64,000 nucleotides of DNA, taken from assembly GCF_018977255.1 (NCBI RefSeq), contig NW_024704742.1, positions 99,822,001 through 99,886,000 on the forward strand. The letters run 5' to 3'. The notes beneath the pieces are model-generated. The model saw only the letters and a list, made by a program, of their open reading frames with translations. It was not told where the DNA came from and ran no database searches. Shown here one piece after another: positions 50,581 through 63,529 of the stretch. The stretch comes from Callorhinchus milii. Lineage: Eukaryota. Both the position numbers and the translations under genes were made by a program. Positions within the stretch are counted from its first letter, which is position 1, and each line of letters opens with the position of its first letter.

Positions 50581-53405
50581 CATTGCTGTTAAGTATGAAT
50601 TAAGCCACAAATACATTATTCACTGAATTAATTATTCTATGAAAGATAATGAATGTGGATCAGTCAACTAATCCAGCATTATAAAAAAATGGCAACAATT
50701 TGACAAGCAAAGTCAATATTCATGAAACCCATAAACAGTGTAATTTTGTTGCTGTGGCAACCAGTGGTGGCTCCAGTAGTGAATGAGCTGACTGTCAATT
50801 AAATCTGTGTTGATGGTGATACCATATTTGGAGCAGTATGCAATTTCATGGCTTCTCTTTGAGATATCACATATTGATAGCCCCAATCAATGCTGGGTGC
50901 TGACAGAGGACTCTGAAAGGGTGAAGAATGGATGCAATTTACTGTTATAGCCCAAGAGGACAGATAAATGCTCCAAAATTTGCCTTTGTCATCTGCATTG
51001 GTTGTGTAAAACCCTCATATTTTTTATTAGGTCCTATTGTATTATGCATGTAATCAGATAAACACTGAACAGACCTGACAGAGAGATAATGTGCCAGCAT
51101 TTGCAATTGATTCTCTTTATGCATTTCATTGCATTTTCCAACAGTAACTCATTTACCCAGACAAGATGTGCTGCAGAGCAGAGCCTGATTAAAAGCAATC
51201 AAACTGCTTTGGCTTGCAGGCCTGGGCAATTTAAAATCCTTCATATGCAGCAATAACTGTTAATAACTGTCATCCCTGCACTGTGCTGAAATGAGGTCAG
51301 AAACCACGGCAGAAAGAGTAAACAATTCGAACTTGCTTACATTGCACTGCCAGAGTTTTAGATTCTAAATGCTGCATGGGCTTAAAGAGGCACCGACTTC
51401 ATGAAAAAAGTGCCCGCAAACCTTTTTTTGGCTGTTTGGGAAGAGAGAAAATCTGTGTGTTATTTTTGTCACGACCGTATTATGTCATAACAATTAACAT
51501 GGTAATGTGATTTATGTTGTTTGTTTACAAATAAATACATAAACTGCCAACACTTTTCTCATAAAGGAAGTGCTCTTTTTATAACATAAATATTACGGGA
51601 GAGGATCTAATTTGCAGTAAATTTTAATGGAATTAAAATTCCTTGTCTCCTCCTCCCCATTTTCAAAATCCGCCTTACGACCTATCTTTCGACTGCGCTT
51701 TCAACCATCTTACCCCTCTCCCATCAGCTCCTCATTAACATCCACCTGAACAGGCAGGTGACCTCAGTTTTGATGTTTCACCTGAAGACATCACCTCTGA
51801 CAATGCAGCGATACCACAACATTGTACCGGAGATTCAACCTCGCTGCTGTTGTTGCTGCCGCCCCTAAGGTATCCATATACAAAAAGGCACAAATTAGAT
51901 TTTATTAATATCGTTTACCCAGCCCAGAGTCAGCAGTGTGAATGTGAGTTCATCCCTATTCTCTGTGAGTCACATTTCTAGAATGGAGTGTTCTTATAAT
52001 GAGCTGCATTTTTGAGCCACTGTTGTTCCAGGCCTGCCAACGACACAGTGCAAATCTAATCGTTCCCACTGAAAGAATGTGCAGAACCGTTGTTGATGAC
52101 ATCTGTGAAGAACAGCACAGGGAAGGCAGTAATCACTGGTGCAAAGCATGCCATAGCTTACAGGAGATGCTGTAAGATCTCTGGGGAGAACAAATCTAGG
52201 TGAAAGAAATAATAATAGCAGTTGTATTGAAAACTATACTCTTCTTTCACGGCAGCAACAATAAACGACTGCACAAGAAAAATAGGTGAAATGCCTGGAT
52301 TATTTTGCCTTTAAAAATTCCCCTGGATCCACACTTACTGTGTCCTTACATCAAATGAAAGAAATAAATAACGGAGTTTGGAAGATTGCCTGCTTTGTGA
52401 GGATTGCAATATAAACAGAAAGTTACAACAATGATGGGTCACTAATGTGTGTCTGAGTGCCTTGATCTCATGTCACTCAAAACGCTTATATTTTTGATCT
52501 TGCAGCAAGGACTGAGAAACCACAGAGCAGAGAAACCATTGACAGTTCAGCACTGCCTTCCCTGTGCTCACTCCTTTTACATTTGTGGACTTTGTCTCCT
52601 CATAGCCATAATGGGAGCGGGTGGGGAAAGCGATTGTGGGGTGATATCATGCATAGAACGCATGCCATTCATTGCACAATAGGTATGATAAAGTCAAATC
52701 TATCGTACATGAGCAAACCATATATATTTTCGCTATCACTGCTGCTGAAATAACAGTGATGGAGGTCAGAAGATGCACTTGAATATCAGGCGATTTTACT
52801 CCCAGTTATTTTTCTGCGGTTCAGCCACCCTCAGTTCATTAGTGATTGTGGGATGGGGGGATGACAAACTTAAAATGTCTTTTTTGCATGCGCACACCGT
52901 GCCTTAGGTCATCACAGCACTGGCGGGAGCTGTCAGATGTAGAATGACACCTTTACCTTCTGATACGGCTCAGACCCCCTTTTTCATTCTGGAGACTGCA
53001 AAACCTACGTGAGGTCTGACTCCACAAAGTGTCTGGAGTAATGCTGTGCTGAGAAAATTCAGCTGCTTTACATTACTGGTTGCCTGCAAAGGCCAGTTTG
53101 TCTCTGAGGGAAAACCCTAAGTGTAAGAGTGGTATTAGTTACTGAGATCCCCTCTACGAGTGAAACAGCGAGGCAAAGCCAAATTGCTGTGAGCTGATCT
53201 ATAATTCTGTCATCATTATTTGCTTTAGTTAAAAACAATCCAGAATGCGCTGCAAGCAATTAACCCTTTCACCCATTGTTTTAGTGATTCAGTACAGTAT
53301 GGTGCTAAGCTGTAGCAGTTGTGAAGTTGAGTGTGAATGGCGCATTATTTTCATGTTAATTAATGTTAATTAATATTTAATTTTATTAAAATTCCTGCTG
53401 AGTTA

Positions 53406-53484
53406 CATCTAGTTTATGTGAATTTGATCTCAGCTTCTGGGAAATATTCTCAGAAGCTGAGATCAAATTCACATAAACTAGATG
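53406..53484. repeat. Perfect inverted repeat, 34-bp arms, 11-bp spacer
   Basis: CATCTAGTTTATGTGAATTTGATCTCAGCTTCTG (53406-53439) and its exact reverse complement (53451-53484). Confidence 0.97.
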
Positions 53485-53729
53485 CAAATATTAATCCTTT
53501 GCTGGCCTTGCAACATCCTACCTCTGTGATCCTCTTCTCCCTTGTCTACCCCCTCCACCCCACCATCAGTGGGTGAACTACCAGTCACTTTCCCCTGCTC
53601 TCTGGAACTCTTTTGAAATCCCTCCAACATGTTCTCCTTCTCTCTGCTTTCAAACCCCGTCTAAAAAAAGGATTGCTCCTTCTGTGTTTTCAGTTGTCTC
53701 CATCTGCCTTCCAAACAGTTAGGGCTCCC

Positions 53730-54072
53730 AATCCATCTTTGTAATGACCTGAAGCAGGACACCGGCTTCCGCACTTCCTGCCCCACCATTGGCGGTCGGG
53801 CATTCACCATTTCTGCCCCCTTACTTACTTACTTACTTACTTACTTACTCTGTTCCGCAATCCCTCTGCCTCACAATCTTTTCTTGCCTCCTTCAAGTCC
53901 CATTTAAGACCTTCCTCTTCGACCATGTCTTCGGCCACCCTCCTATCCCCACGCCCCTTGCCCTCCACCCCAACTCCCAGCTCGGGTCCAAAACCCCTGA
54001 TTGTCCAGCGCCCTGGGACGTCTTTCTGATGTGAAGGATGCTATACAAGTATAACGTTGTTGCTGCTGTTGT
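53730..54072 (+). mobile_element. L2 3' fragment with an internal (TTAC)n
   Basis: CCACCATTGGCGGTCGGGCATTC, TTTAAGACCTTCCTCTTCGAC, GCGCCCTGGGACGTC..GTTGTTG tail. Confidence 0.75.
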
Positions 54073-54879
54073 AATAAAGTAAAGTGCTTTGAGACATTCT
54101 GCTACAAGAGTGCAATTTATTGTTGTATATTTGTAGCAAATATATAAACATATATATAAGCATATACATGTTATATAAAAGCAAAGATTCCACAAATACC
54201 CATAAGTGATCAATTTATCTAGTGTAGTGTAGGCTATATTTCTGCCTTCTCTTAAACAGCTAACAAATGCTATGCTAGGGGTACAGTTAAACAGGTACAG
54301 GTCACGCTCCAGAATCTCAACCAATTGGATCATTGTTCTAAGACACTGAGTGCCAGCTATTGAACATGGGGTTGGGACGGGGGCAGGGGTGTTATCATCA
54401 CTAACTCCAATCTTGTCCTTATCTATCCCCCAACCACACTTACTTTCCTACAAGAGGTCTCGGGATAGTGCTTTCGACTTTTTCCTCCATAGCCCAGGGT
54501 CAGGGAGACTAACTATTGTGCTACCACTGCTGCCTCATTTCAGATACAACAGTTTTCACAATGGGCAGTTTGTTTATCTGCTGAGACCTCAGGGAGAATC
54601 TTGTATGAAATGATATTGATTAAGACTGGTGGAGGAAACAAAGCCAGTATAAATTAATGCTAACTGGAGGGCAGTTTGTACAACCTAAATCTAGATTTGC
54701 ACTGGTTCACAGTTTACTTAAGTGAGTTCAAATGTGAAGAATGTCTGTCAGACTTAGATGGCGTAAAGCATTGTCGTCATTATTTAAGAAAATTGTAAGG
54801 AATATTAATGACAGACCAAAAAGAAGCTCAGTAACATTTTAGTGTTTAGTATGCTTTGCTTTTTAATGTTTTATTCAAG

Positions 54880-55225
54880 AGTCTGGACTTTGAACTCACA
54901 GTCAAGGCTAACTTGATTCTCAGAGGTGCCTATCTTCAGGTGACAAGTTAAACTGAGGTCCTGTCTGCCTATCCATTTGGACATTAAAATTCTATGGCTC
55001 AATTTGAAAAGAGAAGGGAGTTTCTCCCAATATCCTGGTCACCAATCCCCCAAATAAAACTGTCCATTTACTTTATGGCTGTTTGTGGGACATTGCTGTG
55101 TACAAATTGGCTGTCACGTTCGCTTACAAAATACACAACCTTTACACTTTACACTTTATATCCTGTAAGCAATTTGAGACATGCTCCCAGTGTGAAAGGT
55201 ACTATGTTTAATGTAACAATTATTC
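54880..55225 (+). mobile_element. Old DeuSINE, headless
   Basis: Core and tail homologous to 33876-34315. Confidence 0.75.
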
Positions 55226-55290
55226 TTATTGAGAGCATTTGAGAACCAAAGTTGAGGAATTCTAAGGCAAAGGCTCAGCTAGCGAACAGT

Positions 55291-55608
55291 GGAGTCCTGT
55301 AGCTCAGTGGTTAGAGCACTCGCTTTGCAAGTGAGAGACCTGAGTTCAATTCCAGGCAGGGCGAAACCTTGGGCAAGTTTCCTTACTCCACACGCCTAAT
55401 AATAATCCCTCAAAAATCAAAAACAGTAATAAATTGGTCATTTTCAATCTACGACTGTTTGTGGGACACTGCTGTGCGCAATTGGCTGCCGCGTTCGCCC
55501 ACAAATATACAGTCAATTCACTTTACAGTGTGTTCTGTGAAGTGCTTTGGGACGTCCTCCCGACGTGAAAAGCGCTATATCAAATGCAAGGATTATTATT
55601 ATTATTAT
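55291..55608 (+). mobile_element. tRNA-derived SINE, young short subfamily, full length
   Basis: Near-identical to 25262-25588. Confidence 0.95.
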
Positions 55609-56100
55609 GGTTTCCTTGTGAGGCTGAACCACCTTTTCCAGACACTCCAGCTACCTCAGCTCAAAAAAATTATGTCCCATGGCAAGTGGGAGAGTCGAGG
55701 AGCGAAAGATCCTTATCCAGACCCGATAATGACAAATAGTCAGACCTTGCCCTGAGTGTTTACATTTAAGGAAAATGATGGTTAAATGCTATGATCCTTG
55801 TGTAGATTAGGTCCATCTTGAACTGGTTAAGAGCCTGCTTTTGAAAAGTGTTTTCCCACCAAGGAATATCTTTTGAAGTGTTTCTTCACTAAATATGAAA
55901 GTATCTATTTCCCCAGTTGGTGCTTCGGGTCTGTAGTACAGAGGCAAAATCATTGGCACTGATTCCTGGCAAAGGAGCAGAAGTGCAGAAAAAATGATGT
56001 GGTGTTTATAAATGAACAACTGTGGTTTCATCAATTTATCTTTTAGATGTTAGCTTCACCTGAACTGATTTATAATGGGTTTAAAAATCTTTGTTTAAGA

Positions 56101-56452
56101 AATAATAATCCTTTCTTACATTTGATACGCCTTTGAGACGTCTCAAAGTGCTTCACAGAATATTCTGAAAAGTGAATTGACTATATTTTGTGGGTGAAAC
56201 GCGGCAGCCAATTGCCAATTGTCCCACAAACAATCGTGGATTGAAGTGACCAATTTTTAAATTCTTTTGAAGGAATTATTACCCCCAGAAAAGCGATCCG
56301 CCAAATGACTAACAACCAGATTTCTGCTTACTGCTAGGTAAACAGAGTGTGTGTAGGATAAGGAAACTTGACCAACATTTTGCCCTCCCGGGAATCGAAC
56401 CCAGGTCTCTCGCTTCCGAGGCGAGTGCTCTAACCACTGAGCTACAGGAATC
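56101..56452 (-). mobile_element. Long-subfamily SINE
   Basis: Antisense head, extra segment and tail. Confidence 0.9.
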
Positions 56453-56830
56453 AACAACAATTTACATTTACAACAGCAACTTGCATTTATTTAGCACCCT
56501 TCAAGTGGGTTAGTGTATTGGAGCTTAAGCTTAAGCGCTCATTCATATAGCGTCTTTCATTTTGGAAGGACGTCTCAAAGTTTTTCACACATTTCAGGAA
56601 GTAGGCCAAGAGAATGGTTGAACTGATGGATCTTAAAGCAGGTTTTGAAAGTGGAGAGAGGGCAAGGTGAGGAAATACAGAATGGAGTTGTAGAGAGTGG
56701 GTCAGAGCCACTGAAAGCTTGCCCATCAATGGTGGTGTAAAGCGGGTGGGAACGTGAAGCATGCCAGTGTTTGCTGAGTGGTGGGACAGCCAGGGCATCA
56801 AGGTTGCAGGGGGTCCAGAGCTAGTGTGGA
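56453..56830 (-). mobile_element. Stacked L2 3' fragments
   Basis: Two AACAAC..CATTTA tails followed by purine-rich antisense L2 ORF end. Confidence 0.65.
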
Positions 56831-57007
56831 CAAGAGCACAGACACAGACCTTACATCCCAAGATACCTTGTCAGGCACGATGCGTAACCAGTTGAAAAGA
56901 AACATGTCTAACATTTCTAAATTCAAGTGGTTTGACGAATTGGGATAATAAATTTGTGATCAATGTTGAGCATTTCCAATACTGTTTCAATATATTTTCC
57001 TGAGAAA

Positions 57008-57395
57008 TGTCCATGGGAAATTTCTACTTGCAAAATGCCTGCTATGTGTCCCAGCCAAAACAGTAACTACTCTAAAATGCTTTTAATATAAGGCACAATA
57101 ACAAAGTTCTTTCTTTTCTACCTGCTATAAATCATTATATAATTTGGTAACTCAATCCACGACTGTTGTGGGACACTGCTGTATGCAATTGGCTGCCACG
57201 TTTGGCCAACGAATATACGGTCAATTCACTTTACAGTATATTCTGTGAAGCGTGTTGAGACATCTCGAAGACATGAAAAGAGCTACATCAAATGCAAGGA
57301 TTATGCAAGGTTCCCTTTCCTCTCTCTGTTTCCATCCTATATTCTATGGGTTTTTAAAATGTACAATCAGCAACCCATTGATCACTGTTACTTGA
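57008..57395 (+). repeat. About 388-bp direct duplication, copy 1 (contains a SINE 3' half)
   Basis: Colinear with 59534-59922, about a dozen differences. Confidence 0.95.
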
Positions 57396-57948
57396 ATATT
57401 TTAAAATAACTTTAAACATGTAACACTTTAGGTGTAAAATGTAACAACAATAGGATAAATACAAAGAGCTTCACATAATATACTCTAAAGTGGGTAACTG
57501 TAAAAATGCTCAACAGTATAGCTGTTGAAGTTCATGGTGGCTTGTTCCTTGTTTCTTTTTAACCCTTTCATAATTTACTTCCTTGCGTTGGTGAAGTATA
57601 GGACAGAGCAAATTAAACTGAAAGTGCTGGTTTGTAGCTGTTCAAGTTCAATGCTTTCCTCACTGTCCTCTGTACAATGTAACAGTCAGCATAAAATGGC
57701 AACTACTTCCTATGTACTTACTATTATTGCTGAAGAGTGGGGTAATGATAACCTGGAATGCCAGCTGAAGCACTTATACGCAATAATTTGTTGGAACTTA
57801 TCTTTTCCAGATGTCATCAATGTTTTGCAAGAGGTTTCAGGGATTTGCTCAACCCCGCTTTTTCACACATATGGTGCTTTGTAGTGCTAATGAACCTCCC
57901 CTGCCCCCCACCTTGCATCTCCCACCCAGCTTATCCCCTATCTCCAGG

Positions 57949-58235
57949 TGTCTGACTCAGTTGGTATTTCTCTCGTTGTGAGGCAGAAGGTGGTGGGTTC
58001 AAGCCCGAGTCAGAACTTTCAACTGAAGTCGACGCTGACACTCCAGTGGGATGCCAAGCCAAAGGAAGGGAGCTTCTCCCAGTGTCCTGATCAATAACGT
58101 CCCCAGATAAAACTGGCCATTCACTTCATAACTGTTTGGAACGTTGCTGTGTGCAAATTGCCTTCCGCGTTTGCCTGCCGATACACAATCACTAAATTAA
58201 ATTAAATTAATTAAATTAAAGGATTATTATTATTA
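57949..58235 (+). mobile_element. Old DeuSINE, deleted
   Basis: CTGACTCAGTTGGTA..GGTGGTGGGTTCAAGCCC head, TTGCTGTGTGCAAATTG. Confidence 0.7.
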
Positions 58236-58940
58236 ATATTATATCACCCATCCAGATTCTCTACCCCCATCTCAAAAGTCACTACGCTTAATAACAGTTA
58301 CTGTAAGGCTCTTTGAGACACAACAAGATGCTATAAAAATCTAAGTCCATTCCTTTTTCTAAATTTGAGCAGTGTGAGACATGACAATGCAGTAATGATA
58401 AAGAGCATGGGAATGAGTGGAAAGCAATCACGCTCTCATTGTTATCTGTGTTCTGCACCTATAGTATCAGGCAGCATCTGTGACTGTCAATATATTTACC
58501 ATGGAGAGGAAGCTTCTTTATTTTTATTTTTTATTGGCTTTATCCTGCATTACACAGAAAGAGAAGCGCTCTAATTATACAGTGCAAGCAGATGAAGAAG
58601 AAATCAGGATATTGATCCTGACGTGAGTACCTGGGGACCTTGCACATAGTTTATTAGTTTTATTATTATTAGAATGTGCTTTGACAATGGTAAATACCAG
58701 GGATCTATCAATAGCTGTCAAACAGTTCATAGAATTTAACTCCCAATAATTGCGAACCCCTTCACCCTATTCAATACGCTTTCTTTATTGTATCTTTACT
58801 GTGTCTTTTTAATAAAAAAGAATTAGAGTGAAATATGATTTATGGTAAACCGATATAGCATAATCCCACACATCAGACATACCCATTATGCACAAGCTTC
58901 CCCCTCCTTAGAAGTCTAGAAGTGAAGATTTATTGCACTG

Positions 58941-59533
58941 TGTCAGCTTGGCTCATTGGTAGCACTCTTACTTGTGAGTCAGTAGGTTGTGTGTTCATCC
59001 TCACGGGTGTAGATCTCATAGGGTGTTTTGGTCATCCATTCTGACCTGTCAGTATGCCTAAGGGTATCTAATCAGATACATGAATAGTTTTTCTTTGTCT
59101 AAGATAAACTGTACACTCTCTCCATGGAAGTACCTATCCTGTTTTCCTAACTCCAGAAAGCATTACGTGCAGGTTGACAAGGGATCCTCAGATTGTATAC
59201 TGGAATAATCAGCTAAAACCATTATGAACAATCTAGCAAGCTTTATGTCCCTTGTCCTGGAAGGAACACCCTATTAATTTGGGCTTTGGTTTGCAGGATT
59301 AACAAGAGCTGAGTGGGAAGAATCCCCGTTCATAGCCTCGAGCGTAGACTAACACTCCAATGCAATACTGGGAGAAAGTTTCTTGGTCAGAACTACTGTT
59401 TTTTAAATAAATTGTTCATAATTCTTCTTCCTGTTCAGGTAGCTTTTCGAAGGTCCTACGACATATTCAAAGAGAGAAGCATTTTTTTCAAGACTCAAAT
59501 CCTCCAGATTATATTGGCCATTCACTTAATCCT
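58941..59533 (+). mobile_element. Old DeuSINE interrupted by an unknown repeat (about 58999-59327)
   Basis: TGTCAGCTTGGCTCATTGGTAGCACTC head; decayed core resumes near 59330. Confidence 0.6.
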
Positions 59534-59922
59534 TGTCAATGGGACATTTCTACTTGCAAAATGCCTGCTATGTGTCCCAGCCAAAACAGTAACTACTGTA
59601 AAATGCTTTTGATATAAGGCACAATAACAAAGTTCTTTCTTTTCTACCTGCTATAAATCATTATATAATTTGGTAACTCAATCCACGACTGTTTGTGGGA
59701 CACTGCTGTATGCAATTGGCTGCCACGTTTCGCCCACGAATATACGGTCAATTCACTTTACAGTATATTCTGTGAAGCGTGTTGAGACATCTCGAAGACA
59801 TGAAAAGAGCTATATCAAATGCAAGGATTATGCAAGGTTCCCTTTCCTCTCTCTGTTTCCATCCAATATTCTATAGGTTTTTAAAATGTACGATCAGCAA
59901 CCCATTGATCACTGTTACTTGA
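59534..59922 (+). repeat. About 388-bp direct duplication, copy 2
   Basis: Colinear with 57008-57395. Confidence 0.95.
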
Positions 59923-60184
59923 CTAGTATTAACCTTGGTGAAATTCTGCCCAGTGGGCCTTTACCATTATCCAGGTTTCTTTATAAAAGAGAAGCAATGG
60001 AACTGAAAAATTTACAAACTGTCACCAAGAATCCAGGTTAATCTGGTAAAACTGCAAACAATTATACAGAATTTGTATTTTATTCTATGGGTCATCAAAA
60101 TCTATCTTAAAACCGATAAGTATTCTGTAGGTGGTTACTACAATTGGGATCAATGTTCCAGAGCTTGGAAAGGGGGGAGGGCAG

Positions 60185-60406
60185 TAATAATCCCTCCAAA
60201 ACAACAAAAAAAAACAATAATAAATTGGTCATTTTCAATCTACGACTGTTTGTGGGACATTGCTGTGCGCAATTGGCTGCCGCGTTCGCCCACAAATATA
60301 CAGTCAATTCACTTTACAGTCTATTCTGTGAAGCGCTTTGGGACGTCCTCCCGACGTGAAAAGCGCTATATCAAATGCAAGGATTATTATTATTATTATT
60401 ATTATT
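60185..60406 (+). mobile_element. Young SINE, 5'-truncated
   Basis: Near-identical 3' two-thirds with long (TTA)n. Confidence 0.93.
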
Positions 60407-60424
60407 AAGAGGGGATGTGAGAAA

Positions 60425-60870
60425 ACACAACAACTTGCATTTATACAGCACAGTGGCAGGGTTGGATGCTGAGCAAGGGAAGAGGGGGAGGGGAAGATGA
60501 CCATGGTTGTGGGGGAAGTGGGGAGATAACTTGAGGTTGAAAAGGTAGGTCTTAAGGTAGGATTTACAAATAGATAAAGAGGGGCTAGGTGGTGGGAATA
60601 AAGGAAGGAATTCTAGAAATTAGGGGTGGCTGAGGACACAGCCATCAATGGTGGCACAGAGGGGCCAGGGGACACAGAGCAGGCCTGTGTTCTCTGAGTG
60701 AAGGAGCGGGAGAGGAGTGGGGAATGAACAGGTCAGAGAGATAGGAACGTGCTGGGGTGCAAAGGGATTTGTATGTGACAGTAAGGATCTTGAAATCGGC
60801 CCTTTCAGAGACAGGGAGCCATGGAGTCTGGTGAAGATTGGAGTGGTGGGCCTGTGGAGTTTGGTGTGGT
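60425..60870 (-). mobile_element. L2 3' fragment
   Basis: Antisense ORF LHQTPWLPVSERADFKILTVTYKSL..YLSDL, typical of the L2 ORF2 C-terminus; AACAACTTGCATTTATA tail. Confidence 0.85.
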
Positions 60871-61393
60871 TGAGGAAGCATACATACTCATTATCCAGTG
60901 ACTTGGAAAGGACATTAGAGAGAGCACAGATGTCAACCATGGCCAAACATGCCTGTCCACTCACTGTCATGAAAAAAGCACCAGTTTTTAAAGCCCTTGC
61001 TCATGAGTTACTGCACTCAGAGGACAAGGTTTAGAGGTAAAGTTGCAGGAAGGAAAAAAAGCAAATTCATGCATTTTTCCTCTGTAGAGTACAACAAAAT
61101 AAATGTCTGTTATTTAAAAAAAAGTATCTGTGTTAATTCCTACGTATCTGCAAGATGTAATAATTTATTCATTATGCTTCCCAACAGCCTTTCAGCAATT
61201 TAAAAATCACCATATTGGGAACGCAGAATTTCACACTGACATCACCGACCCCATGAGGCAGTGATTGTCTTTCAAAATTTATTCTTGAAAGGCACAGATA
61301 ATGATGAAGCATAATACTGTAGCTCTAAGCACCTGAGCTGTTGTGTGTTTCATAAAATCAGCTTCTGTTTTACCAGAAATGCTGCTGATGATG

Positions 61394-61777
61394 ATAATAA
61401 TAATATTCCTTGCATTTGATATAGAGCCTTATCACGTCTATGAGACATCTCAAAACGCTTCACAGAATATACTGTGAGGTGAATTGATTGTATATTTGTG
61501 GGGTGAAACGCAGAAGTCAATTGTATTCAGCAGTGTCCCACAAGCAATCTTGGATTGAGTGACCAATTTTTTAATTTTATTATTTATTCATTTTCTTTTG
61601 AAGGGATTATTAACATGGGAAAAGCCAATTGACTAACAAATGGGTTCTTATTTACTGCTAGGTAAACAGAGGAATGTGGAGTAAAGAACTTATCTAACAT
61701 TTCACCCTGCCCCGAACCCAAACCCAGGTCCTCTCACTTGCAAGGGGAGTGCTCTAACCAATAGACTACAGAGCTCC
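61394..61777 (-). mobile_element. Long-subfamily SINE, full length, diverged
   Basis: Antisense head, TTTACTGCTAGGTAAACAGAGG segment, tail. Confidence 0.9.
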
Positions 61778-62307
61778 ACATTCTACCCATAAACTGAGCA
61801 GCAATGACAAATATTTTTAGAGTTATTATTTCTGGACGTGGCTGGAATATATTCATCATAGAATAATATTTGGGTCTAAGTTGCAAGTTTTGTAAAAGGT
61901 ATTGTAAATAGCAAATCCTACACAAAAAACAGTGTATCTCTGTTGAACGCTGTTTGGATCTGATCTCAATTTGGTCTTGTCTCAATATTGTAGTAAAGTG
62001 GGTATACCATTGTCTCCCACTGACTGCTCCAAGTGATTGATGTGGTGTAGTCTCGCTAAGGTAGCTTTTAATTTGATCATTTCTTGTCCAAAGCGGGCAC
62101 ATATGATGGCAATGAAGGAATTCCCATTTCAAATACTTTGCAAATAGAAAGCAATTCCTTAATGTCCACATTCAAGTGGATGCATTTGACTTTAGATTTA
62201 GACATTACCAATTCCCCATGAATTCATACCAATCCCTCATTTTACTTTTAGATCAAAGAACATTTTGGCAATATTTTGGCAAGAACCAAGGCTTGTGATC
62301 CCAGAGA

Positions 62308-62541
62308 TTCTCTTTGACCGAGCCTTCAGCTCCCCTCTCGACTCTCTTCCCCCTCCTCGCTCCCTCCCTTCCCTCCCCTCACCCTGACCATTTCCCCCCT
62401 CCTCGCTCCCTCCCTTCCCTCCCCTCACCCTGACCATTTCCCCCCTGCTCGGGTCATGACCCAACTGTGCAGCGCCTTGGGACGTCCTCCTGACGTGAAA
62501 GGCGCTTTATAAATGGAATCTTGTTGTTGTTGTTGTTGTTG
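62308..62541 (+). mobile_element. Young L2 3'-end fragment with internal 46-bp tandem duplication
   Basis: GCGCCTTGGGACGTCCTCCTGACGTGAAAGGCGC hairpin, (TTG)n; 62355-62400 repeats as 62401-62446. Confidence 0.88.
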
Positions 62542-63039
62542 TGCGATGGGCTACTGCTGGAGTCTGACCAGCTAAAACCGCATAGCTTGTGTGGGAAACT
62601 TATTGCTGCTTGTCCAGTTAGGACCAGCTAACGCATTAGGTCTTTGGCTTGCAGGGTTAACAGAAGCTGAGTGGGATGACCCCCTGACCCCCGGTGAACC
62701 CCTGCTCTACAAATGAGCCAGGCTGGTTGATCCGTCATTAGCAATAGCACAGATTAAATGATTAATAAATCAGCGGTGGTTTGCCTCTACCTTTCACAGA
62801 GATTAAAGAAGAAAGAAAGAAAGAACATTATTTTCATCCTTTATCACAAATGTCTCAATAAATTTTTATTTTAATTAATATTACGTATAGTCATTGTGTT
62901 TTGTAGGCAGACGCAACAGATATTTTGAACATAGCCAGGTGCCGCCAAAAGCTTTTGAGTGAATTGTCAATTAATGTGAAGGATTGTTTCCGAGGCCATT
63001 GGTAGAAAATTTCCAAATAGTGTCACAGGATCATTAAAA

Positions 63040-63160
63040 ATAATAATCTTTGCATTTGATATAACGCCTTATCACGTTTTGGAGAGGTCTCAAAGTGCTT
63101 CACGGGATATACTGTAAGTATCCTGTGGGCAAAACGCAGCGGTCAATTGTGCACACCGTG
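63040..63160 (-). mobile_element. SINE 3' fragment
   Basis: TAATAATCTTTGCATTTGATATAACGCC antisense tail. Confidence 0.8.
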
Positions 63161-63529
63161 TCCGAAAAATAGCAGATGTGAAGCAGGCCTCAGTGTTCAC
63201 TGAGTGAAGGGAGCATGTGGTTTGTTATCGTTGGTCATAGAGTTAGGGTGGGTGAGGCTGTGGAGGGATTTGAAGGTGAGAATGAGGATGATTTGATCTG
63301 CTGGGGACAGAAAGCCAGGATAGAGGTGTTAAGCTCATGGAGCATGGTGCTGGAGAGGACATGAGCTCTCCATGTGGGACACTACCCAGCATAGAGGCCG
63401 CTATATAAGTGCAAGTTGTTGTTGTTGTTATTGTTGGGCTACAGATTTCTGTATAGTCATATAATGATCATATTCCACAAAGGGCAGACATACTCCCTCA
63501 ATATCTATATCTGATTTTATAGCTATGCC

